Below are positions 1 to 11,359 of a DNA stretch of 64,000 nucleotides, piece after piece. The position numbers and the translations under genes were made by a program. Source of the DNA: Macrostomum lignano. Taxonomy: Eukaryota. The notes beneath the pieces were generated by a model. The model worked only from the letters and a program-made list of their open reading frames with translations, ran no database searches and was not told where the DNA came from. The stretch spans positions 346,286-410,285 of the forward strand of contig NIVC01000598.1 in NCBI GenBank assembly GCA_002269645.1, in the 5' to 3' direction. Position 1 is the stretch's first letter, and each line of letters begins with the position of its first letter.

Positions 1-501
1 CAAGGCTAATTGGGAGAATCGCTGAGATGTCCGCTCATGGGGTATCGCTGAGTTGCTGTGGCTCATGGGAGATACTCAAATGCTTTAAGCCAAAGCTCAT
101 AGTAGATAGGATATCTTAGTCTAGATAACTGGCTTTCAGAACGGATGCTTTTTTGCTTTAAATATCATTATCCTTAAAGATTACAACAGTAACTATACAA
201 GGTCAAAACCTACATGTAGTTTATTCAAAAATATTTTCCTAGTCTACGTCAAAAACTCTGGTGCTAGCAGCGTTCAATCCAGATTCTAATTCTAAAAAAA
301 TGCCACGTCTTAATATCCAGATACTCGGCCTTGAGATTTTGAGCACGTGCTTTTGTTGACCTGAAAAAAAACTTTGACGATATTTCTTTTTTTGTTTATC
401 AAATTAAAATGCAGAACTGAAACCCGCGTGTATTTCTCTTGGAATTCTCTGATCTGGATTCTCGAAAATGAGAATCAATTCTCGAAAAATCAATCAGTTA
501 A

Positions 502-3500
502 TCAGACTGTGCCGGCGTTCACGCTGACGGGACTCTCCGACATGGAGTGCGGCGGAGTCGACGGCAGGAACTGCCGGCCCGGGCACATCCGGCGGAAGGC
601 CTCGTCGGCGCAGCGCACACTGCCGTCAAAATCAACGTCGGAGTCAGCGCCAGACACCAGGTGGACATTGTCGGGCAGGCCCGGCTGTCGGTGACGAATC
701 GACTCGCTGTAGTCCTTCACGGTGAAGAAGGCGGACAGCAGCGCGTGCGGCCGGCTGGTGTCGTCCTCGTCGGTGGCGAACAGTGCCGAGGTCAGGCCGA
801 GGAACGCCTGCCGAGGACTCGAGCTGGCGTCCCCTGGCGACAGCGGCAGGGTGATGTGCACCACCCAGGTGTCTGGCGGGCAAGCCTTCGTAGTAGTCGG
901 CAGTTCGATCACCCGAGCCAGATTTCGGTAGCCGTCGATTCTGTGAACGAAATGCGTGACGCAGGCGCCTCGGTTCGCTTCCGCATCGGTTGGTTCAACG
1001 ATTTCCGCGCGCAACGGAGCATCCGTGACGAAGACAGCGCGGGCCACGTGGCGCACTTTGTGGGCCTCGAGCCAATGCGCCGGGGCGTAGCGCGCGTTCA
1101 AAACCAATTGACGGGCGCTGACTCGTTCGCGCGCCCCGCCGCTTAAAGTGACGCCGGTGACGCGGCCGTCCTCGATATTAACCGACTCGACTCCGCGCCG
1201 GAGCACGAAGGTGGCGCCCCAGACGGCAGAGTGACGGCAGAACACCTCGGCGATTTCGTTGCTACCGTAGTGGACCCAGGCCAGGGGCCCAGCCGCGACT
1301 CGGACTCGTCCGGCAGCGAGCTCAGGTAGCGCTGGATTCGACGAACACCTTCGAATGCGTCTTCGTCGGGCTGGCACATAGCGTAGGACTCGATAACTAG
1401 AGACTTGGCCAGCGGACTGGTGACGCCAGACAGTTCAAGCAGCTCGTCCAGCGTCTTCGGCAACTGGCGCTCGTCAGCCGCGGCACCGGGAAAGAGCGGC
1501 AGCTGCTGGTCCGGCAGCGAGGCCGGCCAGCTTCTGCACTGCTGCAAAAAGCTGGCCAAGGAGATTCTCTCGCTCTCGGACAGTCTCGGCCAGGACTCGA
1601 TGCCGGCAGGTTCTACTGGTAGGCTGATTAACCGGCCGCTCTGCCTCATGTGCAGGCACCGGCCGACTCGTTGAATGTCCGAATAGAAGCCCAGGCCGGT
1701 GCGGTGCAGCAGGTTCATGAGGCCGCTGCGGGCGAACGTCAGCCTAGGCGAGATGTCCAAGTTGAAGCGGCGGTTCTGATTCACCAGCTGCTGCAGACTG
1801 ACTCGAGACGGCCGGTCGCCTCGAATGTCCGGACGAGCCTGCTCCTGAGGAAGTCCGATCGGTTTACAAACCGGATTTAAAATTATCTTTGTCCGCTGAA
1901 TATGCTAGAAAGTCTCTGACATGCATTTTAAACAACACTGGAACTCAATTCATTTGTGTCAGAACTCAGTCAGAAACAAATATTTTGGCGCCCCGGACAC
2001 TTCTTTCAAAGCTCACTGACACTTGCATCATGGCCACAGCTGACACTCACAATACAAAACAGTTTAAAAATCTTTGACTTTATTCTTTGCCAGAAGTCCC
2101 AAAACAGTAAACTGCCTGACTATCCAAGCTAGAGGGGTCGCCATCACAAGCTCGAAAAATCACATCGTCGAAAACTGATTTAGTAGCCACCATCACAAGC
2201 TCGAAAAGTCATAAGCTCGAAAAATCACATCGTCGAAAAGTTTAGCAAACATCATCACAAGCTCGAAAAGACACAAGCTCTAAGCCTAACCCCAAGGCAC
2301 TAACCCTAAGGCACCAGTACCCTAGCCTAACCCTGAACCATAACCCTAAGGCACTAACCCGACCCCAACCCTAAACTTAACCCTAAACCCTAACCCTAAG
2401 GCACAAGGTCTAACCCTAACCCTATTCGAGCTTGTGATGGTGGTTGCTAACCTTTTCGACGATATGATTTTTCGAGCTTATGACTTTTCGAGCTTGTGAT
2501 GGTAGATGCTTTTCGACGATGTGATTTTTCGAGCTTGTGATGGGCCCCCCATTTCAACCCCCCCCCCTCTCAGAGTCGTAGCTTCCGCCTTTGAAAAAGC
2601 ATTGGGCTGAAGCTTTCTATCTTTATGAATAGTATGTAAAAAGCCAGTTGGCGTCACACACGTTGAACTTGTAAAAGCCAAGGGTCGAAATAATTTTTTT
2701 GTATCTCGAGGGGCTGATAAGGAATCTAGCTCATGACCGCGGGCCAGGTGAGATATAGGAAAAAAAGAACAGGGAATTGAGGAGAGAAAAGAGATCAGGA
2801 AAGAGGAGATAAGGAGAGATGAAATGAAATGACATATAGCAGAGAAAGGAAAAGGAGAGAAGAGAGCTGAGAAGAGACACAAACCTCGAGCGGCCCGGAT
2901 GCTATTGTGAAGTTTCAAAGGACCCGAGGGCCTGAGTTTGCGGACCCCTGGATTTAAACCCGGATGTAAACAACTGAAGTTTGTCCTGTCCCGGTTGTGA
3001 GCAACAAAATTTGTTTAGCTATAGGATGTAATTTTTTTCCTTCTTTTTTTTATAAAAATAGAAGGTACAAAAAATGTATCTCGTAGTAGGCTAACAAACT
3101 GTTTCTTTCAGCTAACAACAAGGACACAATAGAACACCTTTGAAGTGGCATGATATCATGAAATTTCAGAATATATACACGTAAACAGATAACCAAGCAT
3201 TGAACAAACACACAGGTGAGCAAATTTTGATGATAGTGACGAGTTAGAACAGGGGTCGGCCCTCAGAGAGAGAACAGAACATATGCAGCCCTCAGAAGCC
3301 TCTCTATTCCGGTCCTCGCGTCCTTTGAAACTTTACAATGGCAATGGCAAATCTCTATCAAGGTTTGTCTCTTCTCAGCTCTCTTACTTCCTCGCTCCTC
3401 TCTCCGATCTCCTCTCTCCCCTCTCTCATCTTCTCTCATCTCCCCTCTCTCCCTTCTCCTTTTTACTGGCCTGCAGCCATGAGCTGGATTTCTCTATCTG

Positions 3501-3965
3501 ATCCAAATTGCTACTTTTAGAAATTCAAATTGCTACTAATAGTACAGTTTCGCGGTTTCTAAGTTAAAGCGCGAGACTTGCCGAAAAACTCACCCGTTGC
3601 AGCAGATTCTCCCTATTGACCTCCATTTCCTCCTGCAGCCGCGGCGCCCAGAACCAGTCCCTGTTGGCCACGCTGGCATCGGCCGTTGGCAGTCGAACTG
3701 TGGACACGGCGCCCGTCCTGTCGGATGCGGTGGTCACTGGCGCAGGCTGCTGCGGCTCCTCGGGCGCCGGCCTCGACAGCCACAGGACGAATTCAGTGAG
3801 AGATTTTGTTGCCCAAACGTCACCATAGTAACCGTTGGCGTCCAGATGAAGCACGCTGCTGCGAGCCCTGCCGAGAGCGGATGATAGCATAGCCTCCGTG
3901 ATGCCGGTGCCCACCACGATGACATCGTAAGAGTCCAACAGCCGGTCCATCGAGGGCCTAAGCAT
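502..3965 (-). CDS. CHM: Rab escort protein (REP, choroideremia/CHM-like, GDI superfamily); exons 3965-3594 and 1844-502, with a -1 frameshift near 1290-1284; about 570 aa if repaired
   Basis: The N-terminus MDRLLDSYDVIVVGTGITEAMLSSALGRARSSVLHLDANGYYG is the GDI/REP SCR1 motif. RRFNLDISPR, YGSNEIAEVFCRHSAVWGATFVL and a C-terminal EAFRRMCPGRQFLP are REP-like rather than GDI-like. Donor CGG|GTGAGT (3593) and acceptor ttcctcag|GAG (1845) are both phase 0. Homology moves from ORF 1143..1784 to ORF 502..1377 at GGGCCCC. Confidence 0.9.
2141..2543. mobile_element. Foldback/MITE-like palindromic element with internal telomere-like (TAACCC)n
   Basis: The 34-bp perfect terminal inverted repeat CCATCACAAGCTCGAAAAATCACATCGTCGAAAA starts at 2141 and its mirror ends at 2543. 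The arms carry further internal copies of ACAAGCTCGAAAA. The centre (about 2285-2424) has about ten degenerate TAACCC units. Confidence 0.75.
2679..2950 (-). mobile_element. hAT-like MITE, copy A
   Basis: Termini are CAAGGGTCG (2679) and GCGGACCCCTG (ends 2950), i.e. CA(A/G)GGGTC inverted ends typical of hAT/Charlie-type MITEs. Internal blocks are shared with copy B. No 8-bp TSD is visible. Confidence 0.5.
3250..3505 (+). mobile_element. hAT-like MITE, copy B (inverted relative to copy A, right end not found)
   Basis: Starts CAGGGGTCGG. Shares GTCCTTTGAAACT, AGGTTTGT..CTCTTCTCAGCTCTCTT and CATGAGCT.GATT with the reverse complement of 2700-2950. Confidence 0.45.
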
Positions 3966-4789
3966 TCGTAGTTAATTTATGTTTATGCAGTAATTAGGCT
4001 AAGATGGTGATTTTTATAGCATTGAATTAGGGCTGCCGGATCTTGGGTCTTTTCTTTAAAATGATAAGCGCAATTGTATTTTGCCTTTGCCTTAGCCTTA
4101 GCTTGTAACAGGATTAGCCATAGATAACTGTTGTAAGCCATTGTGCACTTTTAGTTGCTTCGCAGTCAAGCACGTGGAAAAGAAATCTTGCGAAAAAGAA
4201 ATCTGCCAAGAAAAAAGAAATGGAAAGTTATACATGCGAGAGTCGAATCCGGATAAGTGAGTTCAGTTTTGTTCTGTAGAGAACCCGAATAAATTCCTGA
4301 TGATATTGTATTCAGCTTTGTCGAACAATTACATGTAACAGTCTCAGTGTTCATTCTGAATTTTTATGAATTCTTGCTAATGGCTTTGATCCAGTCCTTC
4401 TGGTCGCTGTCTTCATATAACTTTTTTAATTCAGACATTCTTCGTTTTGTATCTCGAGTTTTAGTAACAAAAGCGAGTCCATACATAATATTAATGTTTC
4501 GTGTACATCCAGCGAAATCCAAGTAATCAAGATAAAAAAGAACAATCTGACAAGAGAAAATGACTATTTATAAGCAACCGTTGAGAAATCTGATGCTTGA
4601 TTTTGTAGCCTGTACAATCTTAGTCTTAGTAGCGCAATCAGAAATCCGGAAATTTGTTGGGGGCGGATTGGGGGGGCGATAGGGCGGGCATGTACTTAGG
4701 CATGTACTTACCCCATGGTTGTGCCCCTGCTATTAGTCTCGTCTTTATTTTCTCCCGCGTCTGCTTTACTGATTCAGTTCACATATGGC

Positions 4790-5138
4790 CAATGGCGTCG
4801 CCATGGATTTTATGGTAGGGGGGACAAAGCCAAGAATTCAACATGTACATGTATACATGACTAAATTTTGACACTCCTTTTGGCACCGCAGGCACTCATT
4901 TTGGCGCCGCAGGCACTCCTTTTAGCGCTGAAAGCACTCATTTTAGCACCGCATGCATTTCTTTTAGCGCCGCAGGCACGATCATTTTAGCGCCGAAGGC
5001 GCTATATTTTGGCACCCCGAAGAAAAATTTTTGATTACCAAAGCGACTCACAAGGTGGGGGTGGGGGGACAAAGCATTGACATGTCCCCCCCAGAGCTTT
5101 TTGTTTTTGTTTCCCCCCCCCCGGTGGCGACGCGCCTG
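4790..5138. mobile_element. MITE-like element with about 14-bp imperfect TIRs (PIF/Harbinger-like ends), with internal TTTTGGCGCCGCAGGCACTC repeats
   Basis: Left end CAATGGCGTCGCCA; right end TGGCGACGCGCCTG (reverse complement CAGGCGCGTCGCCA). About 5 internal repeats lie at 4875-5020. The superfamily call is inference. Confidence 0.5.
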
Positions 5139-5449
5139 CATATATAGCTTAAGCTTATTCATGGACCCTACTTAAACAGAGTTTTTATGCGATCAATCAC
5201 TAATATTTATAGAAAAAATGTTTCATTCATCCCTACCAATGTTGATAGTTTAAAAACTGTATTATGGTATAAAAGCCATGTATGTTTATAGAGCTAAATT
5301 ATTTGTCAAAGTTCCGGATGCATTGTTATTTCTCATGAAACTAATTGCTTATTGACCGCGCGATAATTTAAAAGATAATCCACGATAATGGGAAATTTTC
5401 CGTGACGTGACGTGCGTGCCCACTTCACTCTGTTGCTTATGTTACAAAT

Positions 5450-8400
5450 ATGTTAGGCCTAGTAAGCTATTATTTAGTAATTTGATTAACATTAGCTATC
5501 AAGGTTGTGCAGGCGATGGTTGTCGAAAGACTTTTAAAATAAAAAACTTGTGTACCTTGCCTAACATATAGTATATGCTAATACTTTACTTAGTGTAGTA
5601 TACTAGCTATATTTTTCTAATTTTCCCATGTTTTAAAAGAGTATGTCAAGGTTTGCCACTTTGCTGGGCGTTTTTTAAATACAGCTAATGCATTTTGCTG
5701 TTTGAAATTTTTATTTGCTTTTTTTCTGCTTTATATATTTTGCCATTTATGAAATGATCATCATGGTCATAGCCCTAACACTAACAGGACCTTGGAGTTG
5801 GGCCTACTGTAATTTATTTTTACTGTATCTATCAGTAGTAAGTAAAGGAAACTTAACTATTGACCCTGTTAGCCATCAATCCTAGTTATTATTGCTATAT
5901 ACAACCTTATTTATATAATATCAATGAATGATACCAGTGAAAATTATTTGGGAATTGTCAAGTTCTGTTTGTTAAATTTTTTTGACTCTAGAAAAGTATT
6001 GTACAAACTATTTTAAGTACAAATAACTAATTGCTAGCTATGTTGACATGTAATTAAATAATAGTTTAAAATTATTTTAGCCTTGCAAGTTGCAATTGAT
6101 ATTAGATTAACATGAAAGACAAAATGATTATGCCTTGTCTCTTAAATCCTTGGTTTTTAGTGTTTAAAAATTACAATAAAAAATTAAGTCCAGATTTGGG
6201 TCTAAAATACTAAATTATAGTTATGAAATTCAATTAAAGACTAGGCCCTAACATTTATCTATTAATAATATTTTATTGTCTTGCAATGATTCAATTGCAT
6301 ATAATTATGCAATTATGCATTGGATTTGTGATTGTTAGTTCTCTGCTATGATTGGTCTTTTGACAAGGTAACCTTAGAAATGCCTTTAATAATTATAATA
6401 TTTATTATTTTAATTTTGAACTATATTATTAATCTAATGTTTATATTTTTTCTATTGATTTGACTTTTTATCTGAACTAATATGTTCATTTAGTGTAAAA
6501 ATGAAACTATTTTATTTATTTGTTTTACTAATTTCAGAATTCAAGAATAATTCTTAATTATAAACTGAAGGGAAATTTCTTCAGTCCATTCAAAAGCTTA
6601 CCTGCACTTGGTCCAAATAGAACTCATATTTTATGTATGCATACTGTCTGCAAAGATGTTGAGCAGCGGACAAAATTTATTGTGAGATACTTTGTTAATC
6701 TATTTAGTTAGTTCTATCTATAATCCTTAAAAACTAGCTATGAGATTTAGTATAAGATTTGCTAGCTGTGAGATTTGACAGCTGTGAGATTTGCCAGCTA
6801 TGAGATTTGCCAGCTGTGAGATTTGCTAGCTGTGAAATTTGACAGCTGTGAGATTTGCCAGCTGTGAGATTTGCCAGCTGTGAGATATGCCAGCTGTGAG
6901 ATTTGCTAGCTGTAAAATATGCCAGCTGTGAGATATGCCAGCTGTGAGATTTTCCAGCTGTGAGATTTGCCAGCTGTGAGATTTTCCAGTTGTGAGATTT
7001 GCCAGAGCCCCTGTGAGATTTGCCAGCTGTGAGATATGCCAGCTGTGAGATTTGACAGCTGTGAGATTTGCTAGCTGTGAGATTTGCTAGCTGTGAAATT
7101 TGCCAGCTGTGAGATTTGACAGCTGTGAGATTTGCCAGCTGTGAGATATGCCAGCTGTGAGATATGCCAGCTGTGAGATATGCCAGCTGTGAGATTTGCT
7201 GTGAGATTTGACAGCTGTGAGATTTGCCAGCTGTGAGATTTTCCAGTTGTGAGATTTGCCAGAGCCCCTATGAGATTTGCCAGCTGTGAGATTTGCTTTC
7301 TATTCTCGTTCTCAGGCTGGCCTTGAAGGCAACATTGGCAGCGGAAAAACTTCACTTGTGGCCGAGTTAAAACGCCGTATTAACAATGGTTCGTTGGAAC
7401 CATTAAAATTCGTTGACGAACCGGTGGAAAAGTGGACTGACTTCAATGGCATTAATCTGCTGCAGCTGATGTACAGCGACCCGATTCGTTGGTCAAATTT
7501 ATTTCAAGCCTACGTTATGCTCACTATGGTTGATGGGCATCGCCAGGCCGACCTAGTGAGCGAAGGACCATGTCTGATAGAGAGAACACTTCATTCGTGT
7601 GCTCAAATATTTGTGAAGAGTCTGCATCAGAGGTGAAAATTTAAATAAACCAGCTACTTGAATTCAGCAATAAGAATCCTCATCTGTGTCACGTATAATA
7701 ATCCCCATCTCATACTAATCCCCATCTCATAAGAATCCCCATCTCATAAGAATCCCCATCTCATAAGAATCCCCATCTCATAGGAATCCGCATCTCATAG
7801 GAATCCGCATCTCATAGGAATCCGCATCTCATAGGAGTCCGCATCTCATAGGAGTCCGCATCCAATGCTTCCAATTCATATTCGCCATTCCATCTTCTTA
7901 TTCAGGGGCCAATTGGAGAGCTGCGACTATGAAATTCTGTGTCAGTGGTACAAATCGTTTATTGAGAATCAGCTCTACCATCTGGATCTGATTAGTGAGT
8001 TGCCTGCGTTCGAAAGGTAGTAGTGAGAGGGATCAAAGGATTGTAGAGAAAGGGAACAAAGTGTAGGGACAGGAATCAAATGGTTGTAGGGAGAGGGATC
8101 GAAGGGTTGTAGGGAGAGGGATCGAAGGTTTGTAGGGAGAGGGATCGAAGGGTTGTAGGGAGAGGGCTCGAAGGGGTTGTAGGGAAAGGGATCGAAGGGG
8201 TTGTAGGGAGAGGGATCGAAGGGTTGTAGGGAGAGGGCTCGAAGAGGTTGTAGGGAGAGGGATCGAAGGGTTGTAGGGAGAGGGCTTGAAGGGGTTGTAG
8301 GGAGAGGGATCGAAGGGTTGTAGGGAGAGGGCTTGAAGGGGTTGTAGGGAGAGGGCTCGAAGGGGTTGTAGGGAGAGGGATCGAAGGGTTGTAGGGAGAG

Positions 8401-11221
8401 GGATCACAGGGTGATAGGGAGAAGGATCGAAGGTTTGTAGACAGAGGGATCAAAGGGTTGTAGGGAGAGGGATCGAAGGGGTTGTAAGGAGAGGGATCGA
8501 AGGGTTGTAGGGAGAGGGATCACAGGGTGATAGGGAGAAGGATCGAAGGTTTGTAGACAGAGGGATCAAAGGGTTGTAGGGAGAGGGATCGAAGTGGTGT
8601 TAGCCAGGAATTTGTGGATGACGATTTTGGAGGCCATTCCACTCGGCAAAGTGTGATATTGGTCGTAGCAAATCGAATTCGCTGGATCTCACTAACCAAC
8701 GCGCATTTCGCGTTGCCCGCCGCAGTTTACCTGAGAGCCAGTCCGTCTGTTTGCCTTGAACGGGTTCGCCGGCGCGATAGAAACGAGGAGAGAGGCATCA
8801 GCCTTGTGAGTTCTCTATTTGTCCTGCTTGATTAACCTGAAGAGTAATTTGTTTTTTATGTTTCTACTTGTCAGTAGTCTAATTAGAATTTTAATTCCCG
8901 TTAAATGTATTTGCATATTTTTTTAAATTGTCATTTTTGCAGCCAATTTGTATCGGAAATAATTGATGTTGTGCCCTGTGCGAGCTAATCACACACCAAT
9001 TAGAATAGATTAATATTCCCCATTATCCAGATTAATTATTAATTAGTCGTCAATTAGACTGATGGATCGCGATCCGATGGGTGGAATAAGCGGTGGCCTT
9101 AATTTTTTGCAAGTCTGCTTTGTATTTTTCTAACCAAAAACTCGCATTTATGCGGCTGTGCGATCCGCGTGATTTATTTGTTTTTTTATATACTAATTTC
9201 ATGCTAAGTCTGAGAGGGGGCAGAGACGCCGGATAAATAGGCAACCAAGGCAGCTGATCCTCTGAGCAGTTGGAAAGTAGCAATCAGAGCAGTAATGCCC
9301 GAATTTTTGTTCTCTGAAAGGCTCCTATTGTGTTTCTTTCTTAATCGCTAATCTCTGTGTTCTACCGCAAAGTTGTCTCGTTGAAATCTTGTACTAAAAG
9401 AGAAGGAGCATGTTATAAGTTAAGAGGATTACGCCAAAATATCGGTCGCCGCTGAACATGGTTGCAGCAATAAAGTGGAATTATTTGTTAGCAAACAGAA
9501 GTAACCTGAGACTTCCAAAAGCGGTCTGATATGACCATAGAAATAGGTAGTCAGAACAGTAAACAAACTACACTTGTGCATAACAGAGCAGAAGACAGGG
9601 TCACCTGAAGGGAGGAACTGAAGAAAAAGCAGAAGACAGAAGGAACTGAAGAAAAAGCAGAAAATGGGAGGAACTGAAGAAAAAGCAGAAGACAGAAGGA
9701 ACTGAAGAAAAGGCAGAAAATGGGAGGAACTGAAGAAAAAGCAGAAAGCGGGAGCAACTGATGACAGAGAAGCAGAAAACGGGAAGAACTGAAGAAAAAG
9801 CAGATGGGAGGAGAAACTAAGAGAAAAGCAGAAGGCAGGAGGAACTGAAGGAAAAGCAGAAGACGGGGGGAACTGAAGGAAAAGCAGAAGACGGGAGGAA
9901 CTGAAAGAAAAGCAGAAGACGGAAAAAGAAGACGGGAAAGAAGACGGCTGCTAAGGGAAAAGCAGAAGACGGGAAGAAACTGAAGGAAAAGCAGAAGACG
10001 GGAAGAAACTGAAGGAAAAGCAGAAGACGGGGGAACTGAAGGAAAATCAGAAGACGGGGGGAACTGAAGGAAAAGCAGAAGACGGGAGGAACTGAAAGAA
10101 AAGCAGAAGACGGGAAGAAACTGAAGGAAAAGCAGAAGACGGGAAGAAACTGAAGGAAAAGCAGAAGACGGGGGGAACTGAAGGAAAATCAGAAGACGGG
10201 GGGAACTGAAGGAAAATCAGAAGACGGGGGGAACTGAAGGAAAATCAGAAGACGGGGGGAACTGAAGGAAAAGCAGAAGACGGGAAGAAACTGAAGGAAA
10301 AGCAGAAGACGGGAAGAAACTGAAGGAAAAGCAGAAGACGGGAAGAAACTGAAGGAAAAGCAGAAGACGGGAAGAAACTGAAGGAAAAGCAGAAGACGGG
10401 GGGAACTAAGGGAAAAGCAGACGACGGGAGGAACTAAGGAAAAAGCAGAAGACGGGAGGAACTAAGGGAAAAGCAGAAGACGAGAGGAACTAAGGGAAAA
10501 GCAGAAGACGAGAGGAACTAAGGGAAAAGCAGAAGACGAGAGGAACTAAGGGAAAAGCAGAAGACGAGAGGAACTAAGGGAAAAGCAGAAGACGAGAGGA
10601 ACTAAGGGAAAAGCAGAAGACGGGAAGAAACTGAAGGAAAAGCAGAAGACGAGAGGAACTAAGGGAAAAGCAGAAGACGGGAGGAACTAAGGGAAAAGCA
10701 GAAGACGGGAAGAAACTGAAGGAAAAGCAGACGACGGGAGGAACTAAGGGAAAAGCAGACGACGGGAGGAACTAAGGAAAAGCAGACGACGGGAGGAACT
10801 AAGGAAAAAGCAGAAGACGGAAAAAGAAGACGGGAAAGAAGACGGCTGCTAAGGGAAAAGCAGAAGACGGGAGGAACTGAAGTAAAAGCAGAAAGCGGGA
10901 GCAACTGAAGGAAAAGCAGAAGACGGGAGAAACTGAATGAAAGGCTGGTAGACATTAGGTCGTCAATAACAACAAAAAGTACAACCAAAATGAAGCAGCC
11001 TCCCCAATGGACCTTAGCTAATTTTATTTCACTTGGGCCAGGAGCTGCTAGCCGGAATGCACGAACTGCACGAGAGCTGGCTGGCCAGTGCCGACTCTCG
11101 ACCGCCAATCGGGGCCGATCGCGTGGTCGTTCTCGACGCGGAATGCTCTCCTGAGCAGCTGAACGAGCAGTGGGATCGGCTGGTTGTCCCGTTGCTGCCG
11201 AGTAGAAAAGTCGCTGAATAG
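5450..11221 (+). CDS. Deoxynucleoside kinase, TK2/Drosophila dNK type; exons 5450-5461 (tentative), 6538-6681 (probable), 7316-7632, 7906-7994, 8726-8805, 11042-11221; about 273 aa
   Basis: Contains P-loop EGNIGSGKT, VDEPVEKW, LMYSDPIRW..FQAYVMLTM, ERTLHS, lid IYLRASPSVCLERVRRRDRNEE, and MHELHESWL. All junctions are GT-AG with consistent phases (0,0,2,1,0). The first two exons are inferred from splice signals and from KFI|AGLEGNIG matching the dNK pattern F-x-x-x-(I/L)EGNIG. Confidence 0.9.
6735..7296. repeat. 16-bp minisatellite (CTGTGAGATTTGCCAG)n, in a dNK intron
   Basis: Direct reading; the array ends just before the polypyrimidine tract of the 7316 acceptor. Confidence 0.95.
7700..7862. 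repeat. 17-bp minisatellite (CTCATAAGAATCCCCAT)n
   Basis: Direct reading; lies in dNK intron 7633-7905. Confidence 0.9.
8020..8595. repeat. 23-24-bp minisatellite (GGGTTGTAGGGAGAGGGATCGAA)n
   Basis: Direct reading; lies in dNK intron 7995-8725. Confidence 0.95.
9610..10940. repeat. About 28-bp purine-rich minisatellite (GCAGAAGACGGGAGGAACTGAAGGAAAA)n
   Basis: Direct reading. Variant blocks recur at long range (for example GACGGCTGCTAAGGG near 9945 and 10842). Confidence 0.95.
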
Positions 11222-11359
11222 CGCTGCAGCTAGCGTGTGTGACGCTGCCCTGGTGATCTGTATGAAATTGCGGCTTGTTTTGTGTATTATAGATTACTAT
11301 TTTCATGTTATACCTCTAGCGAAGCGGGTAGCCAACACGTCATCACAAATTAATGATTA

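Noticed and set aside
547-1146. Antisense or alternative-frame ORFs over real exons (also 44545-45138, 24511-24963, 22680-23094, 57256-57552)
   Set aside because: These are shadow ORFs expected from GC-rich codon usage; no recognisable motifs.
9050-9283. 77-aa antisense ORF nested in the kinase intron
   Set aside because: It has a TTG start, no homology I can recognise, and no consistent splice partners.
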